Below are positions 9,397-18,774 of a stretch of DNA of 64,000 nucleotides, piece after piece. A program made the position numbers and the translations under genes. The stretch comes from Pseudomonadales bacterium (GTDB lineage: Bacteria > Pseudomonadota > Gammaproteobacteria > Pseudomonadales > Pseudohongiellaceae). Under the pieces are notes generated by a model. The model ran no database searches. It saw only the letters and a program-made list of their open reading frames with translations, and was not told the DNA's origin. Position 1 is the first letter of the stretch. Each line of letters begins with the position of its first letter. Where the stretch lies: contig WLWQ01000001.1 of the NCBI GenBank assembly GCA_012103535.1, forward strand, positions 1,182,280 to 1,246,279, given 5' to 3'.

Positions 9397-9885
9397 CTAA
9401 TCGGTGTGTTCTTCCCGTTGCAATTGCGCATAAGCGATGGAATTCATCTCTTGTGCACGATTACCAAAAACAACTTTGTGCAAGGTATCAGCAATGACGT
9501 CATGAAAATTGTCTGGATGTAAGTAGGCAGCAACGTTGCCATCGGTTGGATCCAATGCGATTTGCCTAAGATCGATGCGATGATCTTCGGTAATGATTAT
9601 TACCGGAGTTGCCTTACGCATAGGACTGAGTTTTTCTTCGCTGCGAATGGAGAAAAGGAATTGATCTCGCGGTTTTTTGTAACTATTCCATCCGGTGATC
9701 ACACAAGATAAACGATTAGTTAACAAACCAAAGCCGCGATTGTATTGCTGCATCGCTTCCATCGCATTGGTTTCGTTATAGGTATTAATAGTCGTATACA
9801 ACCCAGTCTGACCAACCAGGTGGGCGCACTCGTCAACGAGTGCGTTATTAAGATCATAGAGCAATACAACAGGTTTAAAACTCAT
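9397..9885 (-). CDS. Hypothetical protein, possibly a degenerate receiver (REC)-like domain
   Basis: 162 aa. A beta-alpha pattern (VVLLYDLN / CVITGWN / PVIIITED / AAYLHP) aligns by eye to CheY strands 1, 3, 4 and 5, but the acidic pocket and phospho-acceptor Asp are absent. Confidence 0.3.
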   Translation of the reverse strand: MSFKPVVLLYDLNNALVDECAHLVGQTGLYTTINTYNETNAMEAMQQYNRGFGLLTNRLSCVITGWNSYKKPRDQFLFSIRSEEKLSPMRKATPVIIITEDHRIDLRQIALDPTDGNVAAYLHPDNFHDVIADTLHKVVFGNRAQEMNSIAYAQLQREEHTD

Positions 9886-9893
9886 AGCTTCTT

Positions 9894-10559
9894 TTATTTC
9901 GATCGAAAAGTAATATTTGCAGAAATATCTTCGCGAGCAGTTCGGGTATCGTTCGCAGGCACATCCGTGTCTTCGTAGCCGAAGCTTATCCCGAACAAGA
10001 TTTTAGTGCCATCTTGAATATCGAATGCTGCTCTTACCAAATCAGGGTAATTACGCATAGTTCCCATAGGACAACTATGAAGACCAAAACTCACCATCGT
10101 CAGCATAAGCGATTGCGCCCACATGCCCACATCCACAGCAACGGTAGTGCCGAAAGACGGATCCATGCCGACGAATGCAATATAAGGTGCATCGAAGAAT
10201 TCAAAATTCCTCAGAGACGCACGCATCCGCCCTTCTCTGTCATCTCGACCAATATCCATGGTGGAATAAAGTGCGACGGCACAGTCAACCTGACGCTTGC
10301 GATATTCGTTTTCGAAAGTACTGCGGTAAGGATAATCCGGATTGGCTTCCACACCGGAAGTGACATTCTCCACCATTTGCTTCTTTAATCGGTCTTTTAA
10401 TTCGCCTGATGCCACATACACTTTCCAGGGTTGCACGTTGCAGTTGGAAGGTGCTTTCTGTGCAATTTCAAAAATACGATTGAGAATTTCCTGCGGTACT
10501 TCCTTATCTAGAAAACCTCGCACCGAGCGACGCTTATCTAGCGCTTCAACCAGGTTCAT
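9894..10559 (-). CDS. Nitroreductase family protein
   Basis: RRSVRGFLDKEVPQE...APSNCNVQPWKVYV...FFDAPYIAF is the canonical nitroreductase fold signature. Confidence 0.8.
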   Translation of the reverse strand: MNLVEALDKRRSVRGFLDKEVPQEILNRIFEIAQKAPSNCNVQPWKVYVASGELKDRLKKQMVENVTSGVEANPDYPYRSTFENEYRKRQVDCAVALYSTMDIGRDDREGRMRASLRNFEFFDAPYIAFVGMDPSFGTTVAVDVGMWAQSLMLTMVSFGLHSCPMGTMRNYPDLVRAAFDIQDGTKILFGISFGYEDTDVPANDTRTAREDISANITFRSK

Positions 10560-10678
10560 CTCTGGATCAGTAACTACCGATGCTGCTGCTTCCGTTCAGT
10601 GTTCATGTTGTTCATCAATTACTTTCCAATAATTCAAATTCAATAATCTATCTTGAGACTAAATAGCACAATGGCAAA

Positions 10679-11404
10679 TCAACTCAGAATTCGGCCGCCA
10701 TCGATCTCGACAGTGGTCCCTGTGACAAATCTATTATTCATAACGAAGATCAGCCCTTCGGCGACTTCTTCTGCAGTCCCTGCCCGCTTAATCAAATGAG
10801 CTTGAGTAGCTGCTTTGAGCTTTTCTTCTTTATCGTCGCCAAAATGATCAAACATCGCTGTCGAAATAGTGCCAGGTGAAACTACATTGACTCGAATCGG
10901 CGCCAATTCGACTGCTAGACAACGCACCATATTTTCTACGGCGCCACCAACACAGCTTAAGGGAGAAGTGTTTGGAGAAATCTTTCTTGCAGGCGATCCA
11001 CTCACCAGGGTAATTGCCCCATCTTCTGGCACATAAGAATGACCTTCCCGCACTACCTTGGCGTATCCCCAGAGCTTTCCATAGGCAGCTTGAAACTGCT
11101 CTTCCGTTTGTTCGACAAAAGGCTTAAGGGTGCGCTCACCACCAATGGCGGCAGACACTAAATGATCGATAGTGCCAGCTTCTTTAAAAATATCATGCAG
11201 TTGGGCAGCATCGTGAGTATCAGCCTGTCTGACTTCGAATTTACCGCCACTTGCAGCTTTGGCTTTTTCAATATTCGTTTCGCTGCGACCAGCCGCCCAA
11301 ACATTAGCGCCCATTTCACTTGCTGCAATCGCTGTCGCCAAACCGATACCTGCGGTTCCGCCAATAACAACTACATTTTTGCCTGCTAAATTATTATCTG
11401 TCAT
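10679..11404 (-). CDS. SDR-family oxidoreductase
   Basis: It has the Rossmann motif VVIGGTAGIGLATA and a classical short-chain dehydrogenase layout with IRVNVVSPG. Confidence 0.8.
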   Translation of the reverse strand: MTDNNLAGKNVVVIGGTAGIGLATAIAASEMGANVWAAGRSETNIEKAKAASGGKFEVRQADTHDAAQLHDIFKEAGTIDHLVSAAIGGERTLKPFVEQTEEQFQAAYGKLWGYAKVVREGHSYVPEDGAITLVSGSPARKISPNTSPLSCVGGAVENMVRCLAVELAPIRVNVVSPGTISTAMFDHFGDDKEEKLKAATQAHLIKRAGTAEEVAEGLIFVMNNRFVTGTTVEIDGGRILS

Positions 11405-11413
11405 TTGCTACTC

Positions 11414-12808
11414 CTAAAAAATTCTTCCTGGGCTCAGTATCCCGTTGGGATCCATGGTTTGTTTGAGTGTTTTCATTAATCCGATCTCTGGATCACTCTT
11501 ACTGTAATTCAAAAATTGTTTTTTCATGATGCCGATCCCATGTTCTGCCGAAATGGAACCATTCAGTTCCTGGATCAAGGTATAAACAATCTCGTCTATT
11601 TCCAGGTGTGCATTTCGAGTGTCTGGCCCGACATTGACGATGATATGGACATTGCCATCACCGATATGACCAAACAAGCCGATCACAGTATCAGACCATT
11701 TTGCACGAATTCGTTTTTCGACTTCTTCACCGAAGTAACCCATGTCATCAATATTGAGTGACACATCATAGGCATGCATGTAGCCAGCACCGATGACTTC
11801 TGCCGCGCCATCCCGCACCGCCCAGATGTTTCGTATTTTTGTATCTGAATCGGCAACCACTACTTCTTCAATCAATCCCTTCTCAGTCGCTTGATTGAGT
11901 GCATCTAAAAATAATTCTAAGTCTCTTTCGGTGTTAGATCCCATGCTTTCAATTAACACATAGAATCCAAAGTTATCCGCTAATGGCGTGTTGACACTGG
12001 GAACGTATTCATCGATTAATTGATAAGTATTGTTCCAAAGCACTTCGAAGGCGCTGAGGTTCGAACCCAGACTCGATTGCGCATGCACGAGGAAGTTCGC
12101 CACATCATCGAAGCTTTTTAATCCACATAAGGCCACCGCCTGACTGTTTGGTTTGGGAGCGAGCTTTAACACAGCCTTAGTAATAACTCCCAGGGTACCT
12201 TCACTGCCGATAAACAATTGCTTTAAGTCGTAACCAGTATTGTTCTTGCGTAATTTGTGCAGCCCATCAATCACTGTGCCGTCGGCCAGAATAGCTTCAA
12301 CACCAACCACCATATCTCGAATCATGCCATAGCGAATCACTCGATTGCCTCCGGCATTGGTGGCCAGATTTCCCCCAATGGTGCAACTCCCTCGCGCTCC
12401 CAGATCCAAGGGGAACAGTAAATTATTTTCCTCTGCTGCTTCCTGAATTTTTTGTAATTCGACCCCTGCCTGAACCGTCATGGTGGAAGTAAACTTGTCG
12501 ACTTCCACCACCTCCTTCATGCGCTCAATACTCAGCACCAGTTCGCCATCCAACGGCGCAGCACCTGAAACAAGCCCGGTCATACCACCCTGAGGTGTGA
12601 TGGGTTGTTTGGCTTCATTACAGGCTTTCAATATTTGGGAAATTTGTTCGGTATTTTGAGGTCGTAATAAAAGAGGCGGCTTAACGGCACGAGCACCCAT
12701 CATGTCCTTGTAATTTTTTGCATCGATATCATCGCCTTCGCGATAGCCGCTAGGACCAACCAGTTCTTTGAGCTGTTCGATTAATTCTGAGCCTTCAATA
12801 ATGGCCAT
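11414..12808 (-). CDS. FAD-linked oxidase (GlcD / D-lactate dehydrogenase-like)
   Basis: 464 aa. Motifs: PQGGMTGLVSGA, ATNAGGNRVIRYG, KNNTGYDL, FIGSEGTLGVIT and FGHIGDGNVH. Confidence 0.8.
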   Translation of the reverse strand: MAIIEGSELIEQLKELVGPSGYREGDDIDAKNYKDMMGARAVKPPLLLRPQNTEQISQILKACNEAKQPITPQGGMTGLVSGAAPLDGELVLSIERMKEVVEVDKFTSTMTVQAGVELQKIQEAAEENNLLFPLDLGARGSCTIGGNLATNAGGNRVIRYGMIRDMVVGVEAILADGTVIDGLHKLRKNNTGYDLKQLFIGSEGTLGVITKAVLKLAPKPNSQAVALCGLKSFDDVANFLVHAQSSLGSNLSAFEVLWNNTYQLIDEYVPSVNTPLADNFGFYVLIESMGSNTERDLELFLDALNQATEKGLIEEVVVADSDTKIRNIWAVRDGAAEVIGAGYMHAYDVSLNIDDMGYFGEEVEKRIRAKWSDTVIGLFGHIGDGNVHIIVNVGPDTRNAHLEIDEIVYTLIQELNGSISAEHGIGIMKKQFLNYSKSDPEIGLMKTLKQTMDPNGILSPGRIF

Positions 12809-12967
12809 TTTATGATCTCAGACAAATGCCGAAAAACCACGGATGGTACCATACTCGCTTCTCGTTTTCGGGATCGAATCGCTTGGCCGCATTGCGACTG
12901 CAAGCGTAACTAAAACTGGTACACTTACGTCTGGTTTCACACCAAAGCCAATCTCTCGGAGCCAATT

Positions 12968-13285
12968 ATGAACCGCATTTTTCTTCTTTCATCACTAATT
13001 TTTGTCATCACCGGATGCAATAGCTGGGTACAAGTAACCGACGAAGGAGATTCTGTGCGCTTAGGCACGAGCCAGGAAGTCGCCAATTGCCAGCGCGTAG
13101 GGCGAGCGCAGGCTCAAACCTTAAGCCGTGTGATCGTTGTTGAACGAGGTGGTGAGCGGCTGCAAGAGGAACTAACCCGCTTAGCGCGTAATGAAGCCGG
13201 CACTATGGGCGGCAACGTCATCGTTCCTGAATCGGTTATCGAAGAAGGAAGACAGAGCTTCGGCGTTTATCGCTGTCCAAACTAA
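12968..13285 (+). CDS. Small lipoprotein, DUF4156-like
   Basis: 105 aa with a lipobox (VITGCNS). The C-terminal GGNVIV...YRC pattern is recalled from DUF4156. Confidence 0.5.
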   Translation: MNRIFLLSSLIFVITGCNSWVQVTDEGDSVRLGTSQEVANCQRVGRAQAQTLSRVIVVERGGERLQEELTRLARNEAGTMGGNVIVPESVIEEGRQSFGVYRCPN

Positions 13286-13399
13286 TATTAGTTTGATCAC
13301 TATTCGAGTAGCTAACCCTCTGTACTTAAAGTGTTTTTAAGAATATGAATAGCTGATTTGAACCAGGAAAGACGATAATTTAATCGTTTCATTTTTTGT

Positions 13400-14642
13400 T
13401 TAGAATTTCAGTGGTCGATCGAAGACTTCCTTCTCAAACTCCCCCTCCCAATTCGCCACAGCCGTTGATACAGAGAGATCACCGCCTACGTTGACACTGG
13501 TGCGCAACATATCCAGGGGTCTATCAAAGGCCAGTATGAATCCGACTACTGCGCCATTTTGTGCCGGAGTCATACCGATAGAGTATCACCGCAGAAATTA
13601 AGAATATAGAAGCGCCAGGAACTGCCGCCGTTCCTACCGACACAAGCGTGGTAGATCCGGCAATGAGCAAATAATCTACCATGCTCAGTTCCAGACCGAA
13701 TGCTTGCGCCGCAAACACCGAAACAATACCCACGTACAGCGCAGTACCATCCATATTAATTGTTGCACCCAATGGCAATACTGTCGAAGCCACTACTGGT
13801 TTAATACCGAGATTTTCTTCCGCACAAGAAATCGAAATCGGCAATGTGGCAGAAGAGGAAGAAGTTGAAAACGCCATTAACATGGCATCACGTACGCCAC
13901 GGAAGAAATTTACCGGCGACAATTTCAACAGCACGCGCATGATGAGGAAACCGTGCATGAAAATCATGTGCGCTGCACAACCAATTACCACAGCGAGAAC
14001 GAGAGTAAGCACTTGGAGCAAAGCAGCAATACCAGCGTTACCTGCCAACTGCGCAATTAAGGCAAAAGCACCGAAAGGAGCAACTTCCATAATCCAGTGA
14101 GTTATCCGCAGCATTGCCTCGGCAGCAGCTGACATAAATTCCGCAACGGGTTTACCGGTTTCACCGATTGTTAATAAGCTGACTCCGATCAACAAGGCGA
14201 AAAAAATGATGGCGAGAATATTGCCTTCGGCCAGAGCAGCAATTGGATTTTCCGGCACAATATCCATTAGACGTTCACTTAATGGTATTGCTTCTTGAAC
14301 TGTACTCGGTGCAACCGCGGAAAGGTCGACTCCTGCGCCGGGCTGCAAAAAGGCTGCCAGGGTTAATCCAATTGTAATGGCCACCAGCGTGGTAAACAGA
14401 TACAGACCGAGAGTACGAACACCCAATGACCCAAGTTTGCTTGGATCCCCCATGGAAATTACGCCAGATACCAGCGTCACAAATACCAGAGGCACAACTA
14501 TCATGCGAATTAATCGCATGAAGAGCTCACCGAGCCAGGCAATTGAACTGACGCCTTCACCAAAAATGACGCCGACAATTACGCCAAGCACCATGGCGCC
14601 GAGAATTCTTTTCCATAGTGCTATTTCAAACCACATACCCAT
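13400..14642 (-). pseudogene. Dicarboxylate/amino-acid:cation symporter (DAACS, GltP-like), interrupted by a frameshift near 13575-13585
   Basis: The listed ORF (13524..14642) ends in nonsense (AVILYRYDSGTKWRSSRIHTGL). Shifting frame gives the conserved family C-terminus GMTPAQNGAVVGFILAFDRPLDMLRTSVNVGGDLSVSTAVANWEGEF..., ending at the TAA at 13400-13402. Confidence 0.65.
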
Positions 14643-14788
14643 AAAGTCGCACCAACCTGTTTCAATTTCTTATTTTTTGTACAAATACAACACTTTGCCT
14701 TCCGTTGGGCTAGTTTGTACTTGCTAGGAGACTATAGAAATTCATACCATAGTTCCAGTAGTTAACGGCGAGCGCGTGGATCTGATTA

Positions 14789-15532
14789 ATGGCACAGTGG
14801 ATCGAAGGAAGAGTAGTTGAAAACGTTCATTGGACCGAAAATCTATTCTCGTTAAAAATTGATGCCGATGTGGACGATTTTACTGCCGGGCAATTTACCA
14901 GCCTGGCATTAGAAATAGACGGTGAAAGAGTCGCCCGACCATACTCCTACCTCAGCTCCCCACAACAAAGACCACTGGAATTTTTCTTTTACACCGCCAC
15001 CGATGGCGTTCTTTCAAACGCACTAGTGAAGTTGGAAGCTGGTGACGGTATCTGGCTTAAACAACAGTCCAATGGATTTTTTGTGCTCGGGGAAATCCCG
15101 GAATGCAAAGATTTGTGGATGCTCGGAACTGGTACCGGAATAGCACCCTTCTTCTCAATTCTGAATACGGACGAGCCCTGGCAACGCTTTGAAAACATCG
15201 CCTTAGTCCATGCGGTGCGAACACTTGCTGATTTGCGTTACCAGGAAGTAATCGATGATCTAAAAGAAAAGTATGGCGATCGGTTTTTGTTTCAGGCTTA
15301 CGTTAGCCGCGAGCTGGTAGAAGGAACCATTAATGGTCACATTCCCATTACATTAGAAGATGGTTCATTGGAAGAACAGGTCGGACTAAAACTGGATGTA
15401 GATAGATCACACATTATGTTATGTGGTAACCCCGATATGGTTAAAGACGCGGTAGAAACTCTAAAAGAAAGAGGGTTTACCAAAAACCGTCGTCGCACAC
15501 CGGGACATATCACTATCGAGAACTATTGGTAG
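14789..15532 (+). CDS. fpr: Ferredoxin/flavodoxin-NADP+ reductase
   Basis: 247 aa. Motifs: RPYSY (FAD), LGTGTGIAPF (NADP), MLCGNPDM and a C-terminal ENYW as in E. coli Fpr. Confidence 0.85.
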   Translation: MAQWIEGRVVENVHWTENLFSLKIDADVDDFTAGQFTSLALEIDGERVARPYSYLSSPQQRPLEFFFYTATDGVLSNALVKLEAGDGIWLKQQSNGFFVLGEIPECKDLWMLGTGTGIAPFFSILNTDEPWQRFENIALVHAVRTLADLRYQEVIDDLKEKYGDRFLFQAYVSRELVEGTINGHIPITLEDGSLEEQVGLKLDVDRSHIMLCGNPDMVKDAVETLKERGFTKNRRRTPGHITIENYW

Positions 15533-15538
15533 ATTGAG

Positions 15539-16555
15539 CTAGACGCTAGCCGCGCCATTTTCCTTTTCAGTTTTTGTGTTGATTTCGGATTCCTTTCCAG
15601 AATCACTATCACTGTCATCCCCTGAATCTTCTATCGTAGTGAGTTTTCGCCAGAAAACGTAGATCTCAATAAAGATCGCAACCATGAAAGCCAATATTAT
15701 CCAGTTAAACATGGTGAATAATCCTTCAGGAAGGTCCGGATAAGTGGTGCGCAATTCCGCAGTGTCTACCAGTAGAGTTGTTATACACCCCACTAACAAC
15801 AACAGCTCAGTGCCAATTCGTAAATACAGTCTGGACTTGTTATAGACCTGATTGAAAATCTGATAGAAATATTGCGGAATTAACAACACAGTCGTGATTT
15901 TTAGCCAGTACACGAAAGTATGGAATGGATTTCCAGTGTTGCCGAATAGCACCGACAAAGAATGATTCATGTTGACCAGGTTTAGAATGACTAACCAGGT
16001 TACTAAAGCACAGACAGCAAAGATTGCTCCCCAGGCATCAGCCACTGCTTGATTGGGTGGTGCCGAATTATTTGGCGACCAGCTAACCAAATAGCCACTC
16101 TTCTCCATTACTCGCTCGGTAATGACAAAGGCACCGGTAATAATTCCAATGATGTATATATAAGTATTTACAAACATCCATAGGCGGGATACATCACCAA
16201 TATCTAAGGAATACAACAAATCGATTCCAAGTAAAACCAGAATGATTGCTGTCGAGATTCCAAGCGATGACAGCACTGCTATTCTGTAATAGGGATAGAA
16301 ATCCGGCCCGATTAACGATTTACCTGATCCCTGATATTGCGCCGCTACCCGCACTGGGTGCCCATAGTCACTTAATAGCTCTATTACTGCATCATTATTA
16401 AGTGGTTCCCCAGCTGCTGATTCCATGTCTGCAATTTTTTCTTCGAAATTTGCACGCAACTCTTCACCGATATCTTCACGTGAGTTCCGCGGCAAATAGG
16501 ATTTAACCTCGCGAATGTATTTTTCCAGGGGATTCGCATCTTTAAATAAATTCAT
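15539..16555 (-). CDS. PadR-associated multi-pass membrane protein (HAAS/DUF1700-like N-terminus)
   Basis: I place the start at the ATG at 16555, which overlaps the PadR stop (TAATG). N-terminal KYIREVKSYLPRNSREDIGEELRANFEEKI is the helix typical of PadR-partner membrane proteins. About 6 TM helices and an acidic Ser/Asp tail follow. Confidence 0.6.
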   Translation of the reverse strand: MNLFKDANPLEKYIREVKSYLPRNSREDIGEELRANFEEKIADMESAAGEPLNNDAVIELLSDYGHPVRVAAQYQGSGKSLIGPDFYPYYRIAVLSSLGISTAIILVLLGIDLLYSLDIGDVSRLWMFVNTYIYIIGIITGAFVITERVMEKSGYLVSWSPNNSAPPNQAVADAWGAIFAVCALVTWLVILNLVNMNHSLSVLFGNTGNPFHTFVYWLKITTVLLIPQYFYQIFNQVYNKSRLYLRIGTELLLLVGCITTLLVDTAELRTTYPDLPEGLFTMFNWIILAFMVAIFIEIYVFWRKLTTIEDSGDDSDSDSGKESEINTKTEKENGAASV

Positions 16556-16884
16556 TAGACTGCCTCCGATATATTCAGAATCGATTGGTTCAGTTGCTGC
16601 CAATCCGATTTGAGGACTTCCAGTATTTCTTCACCTTTAGTCGAAGTTTGGTAGTAACGTTTTTTGCGGCCTTCTTCATTGCTCCAACGACTGTTCAGTA
16701 AGCCGTAAGATTCAAGCCGCCTGACCAGGGGATATAAAGTACCCTCTTCGATGTCGATTTGGACTTCTTGTAAGGCTTTTCGCAACGAATATCCATACTG
16801 CTCCTGCCTTAGGGCTGTGAGTACCGCGAGGATCAAAATTCCTCGGCGCAGCTCCAGGCGCATTGCTTCAAGTTTTTCGCTCAT
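16555..16884 (-). CDS. PadR-family transcriptional regulator
   Basis: 109 aa. GYSLRKAL...EGTLYPLVRRLESYGLLNSRW...GRKKRYYQTSTKGEE is the PadR winged-helix signature. Confidence 0.85.
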   Translation of the reverse strand: MSEKLEAMRLELRRGILILAVLTALRQEQYGYSLRKALQEVQIDIEEGTLYPLVRRLESYGLLNSRWSNEEGRKKRYYQTSTKGEEILEVLKSDWQQLNQSILNISEAV

Positions 16885-16895
16885 TGTGAATTCCT

Positions 16896-16937
16896 TACTG
16901 TGTACCGCAGAGTGTTAATACTGTATACCGCACAGTA
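16896..16937. promoter_or_regulatory. Two tandem operator-like repeats upstream of the PadR gene
   Basis: TACTGTGTACCGCAGAGTG (16896-16914) and TACTGTATACCGCACAGTA (16919-16937) are 17/19 identical. The second is a TACTGT-N7-ACAGTA palindrome. They lie 12-53 nt upstream of the start codon. Confidence 0.55.
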
Positions 16938-17031
16938 AGTGAGTGCAAGTGTTTTTTGAAATCAGATTTTTTCGTTAATTATCAGTTAGTTATTGAAGAA
17001 ACAAAGTAAAGATGCCAGGCATTCACCCTGA

Positions 17032-18696
17032 CTATTGGTACTGAGCTGGCGGCCTTCTGGCTTGAGTTAGCCGCTCAAACTGAGCACCAACATCAATTAA
17101 TAGCTGTTCTTGAAAGGATGGCGCGATCAGAGTGAGCCCGATTGGGCGACCGTTTTCTTCGTAGCCCATAGGGATTGTCAAGGCGGGGTAATTAGCCAGC
17201 GCGGCGATACTGGCGTTACTGTTGTTTACACTGACTAGTACATCGATATTGGAATCGGAAAACAGCTGATCCAATTGTGCCCTGCCCCAATCCTGGAGCT
17301 CGGCGCGCAATGCTTCGATTTCCGTAGCGTTGTAATTAAGCTCGCTCATCATATCCACCAGGCCCTGGCCATAAGGAGCTCGTAAATCCAGATCTTGTTC
17401 GTTAAATGCCTGCAAACTAGCAATAGAATTTATTTCAACCGCATTCGCCGCATGCTGTTCTAAATAAAGCGCCAGGTCTCTCACCATTTCTACACCAAGA
17501 AATTCACTAAACCGAGCTTGACGTTCTGATTCGAAACTAATATTAACTAGTGATGCGCCATTTTCAGATAATACTTGCAGAGCGTTCTGGTAAAACTCAT
17601 TGTCTGCATAGTTGTCCAGCGCGCCCAAACTTTTTCCAGCCAGACTCTCTTCGCGGTAATACAGTTGCATATCGGCGCTAATCAGCGGCATAGCAGTGTC
17701 GGCCTGATCATATCCAGCCATGGCATTGAACAAGATAACGACATCTTCGACTGAGCGAGTCATTGGGCCGGTGGTATCGAGAGAAGCTGAGATAGGAACT
17801 ACTCCGGTTCTGCTAATCGAGCCCGTGGTAGGTTTTAATCCAACCAGGGAATTGGCGCTGGATGGCGACAAGATTGAGCCTGAAGTTTCAGAACCGATGG
17901 CAACAGTAGCGTAATTAGCAGCAGTTGAAGCTCCGCTTCCGGAGCTGGAACCCCCTGTACCAAATTCGAATCGGCCGTAAGGATTAAGCGTCTGCCCTCC
18001 CATGGCGCTATAGCCAGATGGACAATCGTTACAAAAGAAGTATGCCCACTCACTCAAATTGGCTTTGCCGATGATTATTGCCCCTCTTTCTAAAAGGCGC
18101 TCGGCGACAAAAGAATTTTCAGTGAGATTGTCCTGCAAGGCAACGGCACCGGCAGAAGTAGCCATTCCTGCGACACCGATATTGTCTTTTAAGAGCACTG
18201 GGATACCGAAGATAGAGTCGGCAGAAATTGTAGTGCCTGACTGCTGAATTTCATCCAGACGCCGGGCACGATCTATAGCATCTGGATTGAGGGCGATTAC
18301 ACCGTTGATAAAACGCGTATTGTCCGATTCGATTTCCCGAATACGATAGATATAAAAAGTGACAAGCTGCTCGTAAGATAAGTTACCGGCACTAACTGCC
18401 TGTTGAATCTCGCTTATAGACCGATCAAGAATTTGCAACTTCAATTCTAGATAATTTTGCTCAGAGAAATTTGCCAGTTCATTTTCGAAAGGAGCCCAGA
18501 GTGAATTCTTATCCAGCACCGTAGAATTCAGCAGTATAAACCGCATTCTTTCATTTTCATGCTGAGCGAGCAGCGCCAGATCTTCAGTCTCGTCGTAACG
18601 TACCCAGCTCTGCCCGTCTTCGGCTGCATAAGCAATAGTGCCGAGACCAGAACCGAACAATACAAGTATTAGAAACGAAAAGTAGAATTTATTCAT
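17032..18696 (-). CDS. Amidase-signature family amidase, exported
   Basis: It has the GGSSSGSGAS signature and KDNIGVAGMATSAGA. The signal peptide begins at MNKFYFSFLILVLFGSG (ATG 18696). Confidence 0.8.
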   Translation of the reverse strand: MNKFYFSFLILVLFGSGLGTIAYAAEDGQSWVRYDETEDLALLAQHENERMRFILLNSTVLDKNSLWAPFENELANFSEQNYLELKLQILDRSISEIQQAVSAGNLSYEQLVTFYIYRIREIESDNTRFINGVIALNPDAIDRARRLDEIQQSGTTISADSIFGIPVLLKDNIGVAGMATSAGAVALQDNLTENSFVAERLLERGAIIIGKANLSEWAYFFCNDCPSGYSAMGGQTLNPYGRFEFGTGGSSSGSGASTAANYATVAIGSETSGSILSPSSANSLVGLKPTTGSISRTGVVPISASLDTTGPMTRSVEDVVILFNAMAGYDQADTAMPLISADMQLYYREESLAGKSLGALDNYADNEFYQNALQVLSENGASLVNISFESERQARFSEFLGVEMVRDLALYLEQHAANAVEINSIASLQAFNEQDLDLRAPYGQGLVDMMSELNYNATEIEALRAELQDWGRAQLDQLFSDSNIDVLVSVNNSNASIAALANYPALTIPMGYEENGRPIGLTLIAPSFQEQLLIDVGAQFERLTQARRPPAQYQ

Positions 18697-18774
18697 TGTT
18701 CTCTCTTTGGAGGACTTTAGAAGCATTTACGAAGAATTAATTGAGCGTTAGAGAGTTAATTGAATTCTATTGTT

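Noticed and set aside
16896-16937. TACTGT...ACAGTA sites that look like LexA boxes
   Set aside because: The spacing is CTGT-N7-ACAG (15 nt) rather than CTGT-N8-ACAG (16 nt). Their position directly upstream of a PadR gene makes a PadR operator the better explanation.
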